A stretch of DNA of 10,063 nt from the NCBI GenBank assembly GCA_964629395.1, contig CAZVTX010000115.1, positions 1-10,063 of the forward strand, given 5' to 3'. A program made the translations under genes and the position numbers. This document shows positions 1 through 6,110 of the stretch, in pieces (position 1 is the stretch's first letter; every line of letters starts with the position of its first letter). The notes under the pieces are model-generated. The model saw only the letters and a program-made list of their open reading frames with translations, ran no database searches and was not told the origin of the DNA. The DNA comes from an uncultured archaeon. Its GTDB lineage: Archaea > Asgardarchaeota > Lokiarchaeia > Sigyniarchaeales > SOKP01.

Positions 1-263
1 ATATTATTTGCACATAAAAAAAGAGACCAGATGAATATAAAAAAAGCAAGATAAAAGTCTAAAGCTCCTAAAACAACGATTATAGATTGCATTAGGATCA
101 TACCACGCCAGCCAACTTTTTGGGCAAGTTTATTCGTTTCCAATTTTAGATCTTTTGAAACATATCTCGTACTTAATATATCAAGAGATCGACCTAAAAT
201 AACAATAAAAGCATTAATTAAATATTGATACCATTCTACATTTTTTATAATTATCTGAAACAT
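1..263 (-). CDS. hypothetical small membrane protein; C-terminal end lies beyond the window edge, 87 N-terminal codons visible
   Basis: Absent from the ORF track because it runs off the window. The reverse complement from ATG (263-261) reads MFQIIIKNVEWYQYLINAFIVILGRSLDILSTRYVSKDLKLETNKLAQKVGWRGMILMQSIIVVLGALDFYLAFFIFIWSLFLCANN with no stop down to position 1. It has hydrophobic helix-like segments. No family is recognised with certainty. Confidence 0.4.
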   Translation of the reverse strand, partial: MFQIIIKNVEWYQYLINAFIVILGRSLDILSTRYVSKDLKLETNKLAQKVGWRGMILMQSIIVVLGALDFYLAFFIFIWSLFLCANN

Positions 264-351
264 CAAAGTTTTCATCCAAAACAAGTATTACTTTTAAACT
301 TAATGATTTTATTATAATAAAGTTTAATTATTAGTATTTATTATTACTTCT

Positions 352-372
352 TACTTATAATCATTATAAGTA
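352..372. repeat. perfect 10+1+10 palindrome tacttataat-c-attataagta, equivalent to two back-to-back copies of the octamer cttataat
   Basis: 352-361 is the exact reverse complement of 363-372. The octamer cttataat also occurs at 399-406. It lies in the divergent intergenic region between the minus-strand membrane-protein gene and the 5S locus. Confidence 0.6.
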
Positions 373-398
373 GGGATTTACCGAGTTAAACTCCCGAG

Positions 399-412
399 CT
401 TATAATAAAAAA
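399..412 (+). promoter_or_regulatory. candidate archaeal TATA box (cttataataaaaaa) upstream of the 5S precursor
   Basis: An A/T octamer with TATA-box-like composition lies about 20-30 nt upstream of the 5' arm of the precursor helix (424-436). The exact transcription start cannot be fixed from sequence. The palindrome at 352-372 is an alternative promoter. Confidence 0.3.
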
Positions 413-423
413 TTGCATTGGAA

Positions 424-606
424 TCTCAACCGCATAAAAGGCTATTACGCCTAAACGCCGGAAGTTAAACTTGTGTGCGTTGCTGATAGTACTGCATTTG
501 CGATATGCGGGAAACAGCAAACTGTGAGCTTGCTCACGGTCATAGCACACGAGGATATACCCGGTCCCATCCCGAACCCGGAAACGTTTAATATATGCGG
601 TTGAGA
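424..606 (+). other. pre-5S processing unit: 13-bp leader/trailer helix, 6-bp helix and BHB-like motif enclosing the permuted 5S rRNA
   Basis: 424-436 (tctcaaccgcata) is the perfect complement of 594-606 (tatgcggttgaga). 452-457 (taaacg) pairs with 585-590 (cgttta). 458-461 (ccgg) pairs with 578-581 (ccgg). These are flanked by the bulges a582-a584 (3' strand) and a462-a463(-g464) (5' strand). 464-466 (gtt) pairs with 575-577 (aac). Confidence 0.7.
464..583 (+). rRNA. rrf: 5S rRNA, circularly permuted gene order (3' part - CUUG cap - 5' part)
   Basis: Rotated to start at 533, the sequence reads CUCACGGUCAUAGCACACGAGGAUAUACCCGGUCCCAUCCCGAACCCGGAA|GUUAAACUUGUGUGCGUUGCUGAUAGUACUGCAUUUGCGAUAUGCGGGAAACAGCAAACUGUGAG. 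This is a textbook archaeal 5S. Helix I is 521-528/533-540. Helix II is 545-553/470-478. Helix III is 561-564/578-581 with the AA bulge. Loop C is UCCCAUCCCGAAC. Helix V is 480-485/515-520. A loop-E-like AUAGUA/GAAA is present. Helix IV is 492-497/505-510. Confidence 0.85.
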
Positions 607-607
607 A

Positions 608-640
608 TTTTTAAAAATTTTATTTTAAACGATATTTTTT
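608..640 (+). terminator. oligo-T tracts downstream of the 5S trailer (possible archaeal terminator)
   Basis: T5 at 608-612, T4 at 623-626 and T6 at 635-640 follow the trailer arm directly. The region is AT-rich, so specificity is low. Confidence 0.3.
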
Positions 641-698
641 ATTAAATGATCTATTAATTAAGAAATATACACAATCATTCTTAATTTTGAGTTTTATT

Positions 699-1214
699 AT
701 GCCGAAAAAGTATAAAGTGATTTTCAGAACTATCTATAGGAGCTTATTTTGGGTATTTATCATTATCATTCTTATTGTTTTTATATATAATCAAGAAATT
801 GCCATGTGGTTAACATTAATAGCAATAATTATTTACTCGATTACATATTTTCCTCCTCTAATTTCCAGAATTCGATTACTTCGGTTAATGAAACAATATT
901 ATATGATTGAAGATGATACTATAGCCCAAGAATTAAAAAAACCCTTAAGTAAAGTTCAATTAATGCTTTTTGAACTAATGCAGAAACAGCGTAAAAAAAA
1001 ATGGCTTATTGTATATCGTGAAAAACACTATACTTTTTATCATGCTGTTACAATTGAGAAGTTTTTAGATTTATATTCCCAAGGATATGGTGAAAAAGAG
1101 ATTTTGAAGGAATTACATGAGAATGACCTTAGAACAAGAGCGGAGATTAAAGCCATAAGAGAAACCCTCAAAAAAAATGAAAGACTTCCTGCAAGGAAAG
1201 AAATAAAAGAATAA
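699..1214 (+). CDS. hypothetical membrane protein: two N-terminal TM helices plus a charged, helical cytoplasmic domain
   Basis: ORF track 687..1214, which opens with TTG at 687; the first ATG is at 699 (MPKKYKV...). Hydrophobic stretches are LFWVFIIIILIVFIY and WLTLIAIIIYSITYF. The C-terminal half is Lys/Glu-rich. No family recognised. Confidence 0.6.
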   Translation: MPKKYKVIFRTIYRSLFWVFIIIILIVFIYNQEIAMWLTLIAIIIYSITYFPPLISRIRLLRLMKQYYMIEDDTIAQELKKPLSKVQLMLFELMQKQRKKKWLIVYREKHYTFYHAVTIEKFLDLYSQGYGEKEILKELHENDLRTRAEIKAIRETLKKNERLPARKEIKE

Positions 1215-1230
1215 AAAAAGAGGTTTGATT

Positions 1231-1704
1231 TTATTTTTTCTTTCTCCTTCTGCTTATTGACGCTTGAACCTCCAACATAAATCCCAATACATTATTGGTA
1301 TCAAAATAATAAAAATATCTATTTCCGATATTTCCCTCATGAGCGATTTCAAATCCAAGATCTTTTAAATAATTCACATATTTATCTAAATCATCAACAA
1401 AAAGACTAATATGTTGTAATCCCTCTTTTCCCTGGTCAAGAAATTCTTTATAGATGCAATCGCCCTCTATCCATTCAATTAATTCAATCTGTAGGTTAAA
1501 AAAGCGGCTCATGGCAATCTTTACAACAATTTCTGAATCTTTTCCACGATATTTTATTTTTTGTGAGCTTGGAGGTAAAAAAGTAAATTTTGGCATATTA
1601 AATACTTGTTCCATTATTTTTGCTTGTTTTTCTATGTCTTTATATACATAACCTAATTGATCAATCTTCAAATTTCTCAGGTCAATTCCAAATTTTTCAC
1701 TCAT
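1231..1704 (-). CDS. VOC-family protein (glyoxalase / methylmalonyl-CoA-epimerase-like fold)
   Basis: ORF track 1231..1716; position 1716 is a TTG and the ATG is at 1704 (MSEKFG...). It has a beta-alpha-beta-beta-beta type pattern: LGYVYKDIEKQAKIMEQVF ... IELIEW ... LQHISLFVDDLDKYVNYLKDLGFEI. This is typical of vicinal-oxygen-chelate proteins. Confidence 0.7.
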   Translation of the reverse strand: MSEKFGIDLRNLKIDQLGYVYKDIEKQAKIMEQVFNMPKFTFLPPSSQKIKYRGKDSEIVVKIAMSRFFNLQIELIEWIEGDCIYKEFLDQGKEGLQHISLFVDDLDKYVNYLKDLGFEIAHEGNIGNRYFYYFDTNNVLGFMLEVQASISRRRKKK

Positions 1705-1742
1705 TTTTAAAACCAAAAGATTTCTATAAATATTTTATTTAT

Positions 1743-3932
1743 TTAATTAAGCTTTCTTAAAAAGACTTTATAGCCATTCATTATAGGTTGTCCAGATAAT
1801 TTATCGAGTTTTGATGAATCTGTAAGGACATTTACATTTTCACCTGGATGCTGATTAGCAAGGGATAAAAATGGATTTTTATGGCCCCAACCATGCGGAT
1901 AACATACAACATTCTCTAAAATATCATCAGTAATGAAAACGGGAACAACAATTTTACCGAATTTATTTTCCACTATAATTTTTTCATTCTGTTTTAATTC
2001 TAATTTATTAGCATCATTACTATTTATGTATAATTTAGGTTCTTGCTTCCTCTTCCATAATAATTCTACATTATGCATCCAAGAATTCATGGTTTTCAAA
2101 TTACGTCTTCCTATCATTAAGAAAACGTTTTTTTCATGTATTATTTGCTGTATTTCTTTAATCTTTTCTTCAATTGAACTTTTACAAAGTTTTAATTGTT
2201 CAATCAAAAAATCATTTAATAACCTAATTTTTTTATCTTTAGTTCTAATGTATTTCTTCAAAACATTATATTCATTATTTCCTAAGACAATCGTCCCGCT
2301 TTTTTTCAATTTTTTTAAAGATAATTTTGGAAATTTTCCTTCAATTATTTGTCCGAGGAACAAAAATAAACTTATTAAAAAGTCGGGATCAAATTTTCCT
2401 TTAATGAATGAATACATTTTTATTAAGAAATCAAGAAATCTACTCCCAAACATCGGTTTTTCCAACAATCTTACCAAAGAAAGTAAAATTTCCCATTCTG
2501 ATTTTGGACCTTTTAAATTAGGTTCAATAACGCGGTGAGAATATTCAATATGGGGAAAGATTTGATAATTAAGAAGATAAATAGGTAAATTTGAATTTTC
2601 CATGGGGGTTCTTGTAGGAAGGATATAATCTGCGGCAAACATAGCAGTTTCATTAATATAAAAATCCAAAACAATACATAACTCAAGTTTTTCAAGTGCT
2701 TTTTTGAATTCATTTGAGTTTGGTGCACTTAATATAGGATTTCCTCCTGAAATTATAAGTGCTTTAACAGGATTCCTATCTGCTAAAATTTCCCTTGCAA
2801 GAGTTCCTAGCGGCAAAGCACCCATAACACTTGGATAATTGCCTATACGACTTCTCCATTCATTAAAGCCTCCCATACCTACTAAACTACCTAATTTAGC
2901 GATATTTATTATGTTTTTTCCGAAAATTGCTCCTCCCGGTCGATCTAATTTTCCGCAAATGATATTTAATAATTCAATAGCCCATGCATTTAGAGTTGCA
3001 AATGAAGATAAACATGTTCCGAGCCGTCCATAAATGACTGCTCTTTTTGTTTTGGCAAATTTAATTGTAAGATCATGAATTATTTGTGCAGGAATTCCCG
3101 TACATTTTTCCGCAATTTCTAAAGTAAATGGTTTTGTATATTTTTTTAAATATTCATAATTAATTGTGTTTTTCTTTAAAAAAGCCTCATCTTGTAAATT
3201 CTTTTTAAAAATACAATTAATCATACTTAATAAAAGGTAAATGTCTGTATCCGGATATATCGGAATATAATGTTCTTTATCGTTTTTATTAAATAAGATC
3301 TTCGCAGTTTCATTTCTCCGTGGATCAATTAAATATATTTCTCCATTTCTCTTTATAATATCTTTTAATACTTTCATAACATTTGAGCATGTTACAAGGC
3401 TAAGATTAGTAACAGCAGGATTAGTTCCAATTAGAATAAGTAAATCAGTATTATTTAAATCAGGAATAGGCATTACTGCAGAGCTTCCATAAAGAAAGTA
3501 TTGTGCTACGAATTTATTATTATTGTCTACAGAGCCCGCATTATACATATTTTTACTATTGATTGCCTTCATAAAGCCTACTGCAAACATACTGTGTGCA
3601 TATTGATGAACAGAATTGGTTCCTAAATAATACGCAATTGCTTGAGGTGAGCTTTTTTTGATAATCTGTTGGATTTTGTCGGAAATCTCTTCTAAAGCTT
3701 GCTTCCATGAGATTTTTATGAAATTTTTACCTTCTCTTTTTAAAGGATATAATACACGATCCTTATCATTAGCGATATAATCTAAAGCGATTCCTTTAGG
3801 GCAGCAATAGCCACCAGTTAAGGGATAATTAGGATCTGCTCTAACAGAAATAATTTTATTATTTTTTACCTCAACTAATAAACCGCATCCCGCATTGCAA
3901 ATCGGGCAATTAAATTTCTTAATTTCTGTCAT
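1743..3932 (-). CDS. molybdopterin (bis-MGD) oxidoreductase, formate-dehydrogenase/DMSO-reductase superfamily, with N-terminal 4Fe-4S motif
   Basis: 729-aa ORF. The N-terminus is CPICNAGCGLL...(x26)...CCPKG, matching the C-x2-C-x3-C-x(n)-C cluster of MopB enzymes. The C-terminus ...VCYPHGWGH... is typical of the molybdopterin-binding barrel. The frame is uninterrupted, so no in-frame TGA/Sec is needed. Confidence 0.85.
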   Translation of the reverse strand: MTEIKKFNCPICNAGCGLLVEVKNNKIISVRADPNYPLTGGYCCPKGIALDYIANDKDRVLYPLKREGKNFIKISWKQALEEISDKIQQIIKKSSPQAIAYYLGTNSVHQYAHSMFAVGFMKAINSKNMYNAGSVDNNNKFVAQYFLYGSSAVMPIPDLNNTDLLILIGTNPAVTNLSLVTCSNVMKVLKDIIKRNGEIYLIDPRRNETAKILFNKNDKEHYIPIYPDTDIYLLLSMINCIFKKNLQDEAFLKKNTINYEYLKKYTKPFTLEIAEKCTGIPAQIIHDLTIKFAKTKRAVIYGRLGTCLSSFATLNAWAIELLNIICGKLDRPGGAIFGKNIINIAKLGSLVGMGGFNEWRSRIGNYPSVMGALPLGTLAREILADRNPVKALIISGGNPILSAPNSNEFKKALEKLELCIVLDFYINETAMFAADYILPTRTPMENSNLPIYLLNYQIFPHIEYSHRVIEPNLKGPKSEWEILLSLVRLLEKPMFGSRFLDFLIKMYSFIKGKFDPDFLISLFLFLGQIIEGKFPKLSLKKLKKSGTIVLGNNEYNVLKKYIRTKDKKIRLLNDFLIEQLKLCKSSIEEKIKEIQQIIHEKNVFLMIGRRNLKTMNSWMHNVELLWKRKQEPKLYINSNDANKLELKQNEKIIVENKFGKIVVPVFITDDILENVVCYPHGWGHKNPFLSLANQHPGENVNVLTDSSKLDKLSGQPIMNGYKVFLRKLN

Positions 3933-3992
3933 TTTTCAAAAGAAAAAGTGATAATAGAATTAAAATAACAAAAAAATTAAAAATAAGAATAT

Positions 3993-4295
3993 TTAGATTT
4001 TATCGATTTCTCCAAACTCGAGGTCAAAAGAATAGTATTTCCTAATCGGTTTTTTCACGTTCCAAACGCATTTCAAACCCTTTTGGAATTGTACGAGGTC
4101 TCCTGCACCGAATTCCATTTTTTCTCCCGTTTCAGAATCAATAACCTCCACTTCTCCGTCAATTACATAACAGGTCTCTGTATCGCCGTATGACCAATCA
4201 AACTTACTGACTTCTTTTGACCAAGTTCCCCATGAGTCAACATTTAATTTTTTTAATTCTTCCTCACTTGGCTTCTTCTTTTTCATTTTCATCAT
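3993..4295 (-). CDS. small cupin, Cupin_3/DUF861-like
   Basis: WGTWSKEVSKFDWSYGDTETCYVIDGEVEV...FGAGDLVQFQKGLKCVWNVKKPIRKYY matches the characteristic DUF861 pattern (W..W......F.W.Y...E.CY...G...V......F.AGD.V.F..G..C.W.V...V.K.Y). Confidence 0.8.
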   Translation of the reverse strand: MMKMKKKKPSEEELKKLNVDSWGTWSKEVSKFDWSYGDTETCYVIDGEVEVIDSETGEKMEFGAGDLVQFQKGLKCVWNVKKPIRKYYSFDLEFGEIDKI

Positions 4296-4548
4296 TAATC
4301 ACTTCTTAAAAATTACTTTTTTCTTTAGATTTACAATGGTAAGGATTTTAAATAATTTTTATTTTTTCAAAAGAATTATTTGAAAATCAAATTACATTAA
4401 ACTTTCTAATTAGGAAACTATTTAATTTTTAATTAAATAACATAAATATAAGATATATAATTTAATCTTATAATAATATTAGAAAAAAAAATAGAAAGCT
4501 TTGATACGATCTTACTTTAATTAGCCCATTATCTTTCATAATACTAAT

Positions 4549-4557
4549 AGGAGTGAT
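4549..4557 (+). promoter_or_regulatory. Shine-Dalgarno-like site (aggagtgat) for GTPase 1
   Basis: Complementary to the conserved 16S 3' end (AUCACCUCC), with one position missing. It sits 3 nt upstream of ATG 4561. Confidence 0.5.
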
Positions 4558-4560
4558 GAT

Positions 4561-5082
4561 ATGCCCAAGAAGTTCATTTTAAAAATATTGACTGCGGGAG
4601 AGGGTGGTGTAGGCAAAACTACCTTACTCCATAGATATGTAGAGGGTAAATTCAGTACGGATACTAAAATGACTATTGGAGTGGAATTTTTCTTAAAAGA
4701 AATTACCATTGATGATAAACAGTGTACTTTACAACTTTGGGATTTTGGAGGACAAGAACGATTTCGCTTCTTATTGGAGAGCTATGTTTTAGGTGCTAAA
4801 GGAGCCTTATTAATGTTTGACTTAACCCGTCCTATGACACTTGACAATTTAGAAGAATGGGTTAATATATGCAGAAAATCGGATCCCGATTTACCAATTC
4901 TCTTTATAGGAACAAAATTAGATTTAGTCGATGAAATAATGGTAGATGACGATTATGCACTTCAATATAAAGAACATTTTAATCTATTCGATTACATGAA
5001 AGTATCGTCAAAAACAGGAGAAGGTGTTCAAGAGGCGTTTGAAAAATTAACGAGAAAGATTTTAGAGCGTCAGGCTTATTAG
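4561..5082 (+). CDS. Ras-superfamily small GTPase, Rab-like
   Basis: G1 is GEGGVGKT (4597-4620). The switch I region is TIGVEF (Rab-like). G3 is WDFGGQE followed by RFRFL. G4 is TKLD (4912-4923) instead of NKxD. G5 is SSK. There is no C-terminal Cys lipidation motif. Confidence 0.9.
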   Translation: MPKKFILKILTAGEGGVGKTTLLHRYVEGKFSTDTKMTIGVEFFLKEITIDDKQCTLQLWDFGGQERFRFLLESYVLGAKGALLMFDLTRPMTLDNLEEWVNICRKSDPDLPILFIGTKLDLVDEIMVDDDYALQYKEHFNLFDYMKVSSKTGEGVQEAFEKLTRKILERQAY

Positions 5083-5114
5083 AACAATATAATTTTCTTA
5101 AAAGGTTTGATAAT

Positions 5115-5534
5115 ATTATTATAATTGATGCAAATTTTATTCTACTCCCTTTTCAATTTAAAATAGACTATTTTAATGAAATAAATTATCTTTTAGAGGG
5201 GTCAAAAGCTTTCATTTTATTCCAACAAATAATAAATGAATTAAATGCTAAAAAATTAAGGGAATCTAATTCAGAAAAATTTTTGAGGCAATTAGATTCA
5301 GGGATATCCTATTTGAATAAAATGAAAAATAAATTCAATGTAATAAATATTAATTTAATAAAAGAAGAAAATGAAACTACAGATGATTTTCTTATAAAAA
5401 AATGTAAAGAATTTCGGGAAAATTTCAATCGTGTATATTTAGCAACTAATGATTCAGAATTGCGTAAAAAAGCAAAAAAATCAAATATAAATGTAATATT
5501 TTTAAGACAGAGGAAATTTTTGTCATTAGAATAA
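5115..5534 (+). CDS. Fcf1/Utp24-like PIN-domain nuclease; start codon unresolved (no ATG/GTG/TTG upstream of the catalytic Asp)
   Basis: The frame is open from 5043 (after TGA 5040-5042) to TAA 5532-5534. It encodes ...FDNIIIIDANFILLPFQFKIDYFNEI...FQQIINELNAK...TTDDFLIKKC...VYLATNDSELRKKAKKSNINVIFLRQRK. These are the DxNF, ELxxL, DD and ATxDxxLR elements of Fcf1-type PIN domains. The track reports only the TTG-initiated C-terminal 83 aa (5283..5534). 5115 (ATT) is a guess, placed 8 nt after an aaggt at 5102-5106. Confidence 0.55.
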   Translation: MIIIDANFILLPFQFKIDYFNEINYLLEGSKAFILFQQIINELNAKKLRESNSEKFLRQLDSGISYLNKMKNKFNVININLIKEENETTDDFLIKKCKEFRENFNRVYLATNDSELRKKAKKSNINVIFLRQRKFLSLE

Positions 5535-5549
5535 TTTAATTACCGCTAA

Positions 5550-6110
5550 TTGTGTATTTTTGTGTATAGCCCCGGAAAAAAATTTAAAAAACCCATCGTT
5601 CTAAAAATTTTAACATTAGGAGAGGGAGGGGTCGGTAAAACTACACTCCTACATCGATATGTAGAGGGTAGATTTATTGATGGAACAAAAATGACGATTG
5701 GCGTTGAATTTTTTCTTAAATATTTAGATATTGATAATGAAAATTATGTTCTTCAGATTTGGGATTTTGGAGGTCAAGATCAATTTCGTTTTATTTTAAA
5801 GCCATATGCTAAAGGGGCTAATGGCGCCGTTTTATTATTCGATTTAACAAGACCCTTAACTTTACATAAAATTGATGAATGGGTTGATATTGCAAGGTCT
5901 CACGATAAAGATTTACCAATCTTATTTATAGGAACAAAATTAGATTTAGAAGATGAGATAATGGTTCATGACGATTATGCCCAAGAATTAATGAAAGAGT
6001 ATCATTTATTTGATTATATTAAAGTTTCATCTAAAACAGGTTATAATGTAGAGGCTGCTTTCGAAAAACTTGCACAAGAAGTCGTAAAACATTTAAAAAA
6101 TAAAAATTAG
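5550..6110 (+). CDS. Ras-superfamily small GTPase, Rab-like; paralogue of 4561..5082
   Basis: It carries the same motif set: GEGGVGKT, TIGVEF, WDFGGQD, TKLD, SSK. By eye it is roughly two-thirds identical to GTPase 1. There is no ATG; the candidate starts are TTG 5550 and GTG 5562. GTG gives MYSPGKKFKKPIVLKIL, which compares better with MPKKFILKIL in the paralogue. Confidence 0.85.
   Translation: MCIFVYSPGKKFKKPIVLKILTLGEGGVGKTTLLHRYVEGRFIDGTKMTIGVEFFLKYLDIDNENYVLQIWDFGGQDQFRFILKPYAKGANGAVLLFDLTRPLTLHKIDEWVDIARSHDKDLPILFIGTKLDLEDEIMVHDDYAQELMKEYHLFDYIKVSSKTGYNVEAAFEKLAQEVVKHLKNKN

Noticed and set aside
381-398. Direct repeat ccgag ... ccgag (382-386 and 394-398), considered as a BRE-like or structural element upstream of the 5S unit.
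   Set aside because: It is a 5-nt direct repeat with no complementarity and too short to distinguish from chance.
439-452. Small hairpin ggc-tattac-gcc within the 5S leader.
   Set aside because: It has only 3-4 bp, and t452 is also needed for the 6-bp leader/trailer helix. It is probably just part of the asymmetric internal loop rather than a discrete element.
1454-3033. Plus- and minus-strand ORFs from the track that lie inside or antisense to the VOC and molybdopterin oxidoreductase genes (1454..1651+, 1933..2538+, 2513..2728-, 2839..3033+).
   Set aside because: Their translations are low-complexity and Phe/Ile/Leu/Asn-rich with no recognisable motifs. They are fully embedded in strongly supported CDSs on the opposite strand or in another frame. 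These are typical shadow ORFs of AT-rich DNA.
4364-4386. Inverted repeat ttttcaaa ... tttgaaaa with a 7-nt spacer, in the intergenic region between the DUF861 cupin and GTPase 1.
   Set aside because: It is an 8-nt arm composed almost entirely of A/T in a very AT-rich spacer, so it is expected by chance. No supporting context.
5040-5082. Possible programmed -1 frameshift fusing GTPase 1 to the PIN domain. The PIN frame is the -1 frame of the GTPase, and an A5 run at 5042-5046 could allow Lys-tRNA slippage just after the PIN-frame TGA at 5040-5042.
   Set aside because: There is no canonical X-XXY-YYZ heptamer and no evident downstream stimulatory structure. The permissive window is only about 40 nt. 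A non-canonical initiation codon or a sequence error is the simpler explanation. It is kept as an alternative under the PIN finding.
6107-6110. 4-nt overlap of the convergent stop codons of GTPase 2 (TAG 6108-6110) and the Fe-ADH (TAA on the minus strand, 6107-6109).
   Set aside because: Tail-to-tail stop overlap is common in compact genomes and is not informative by itself.
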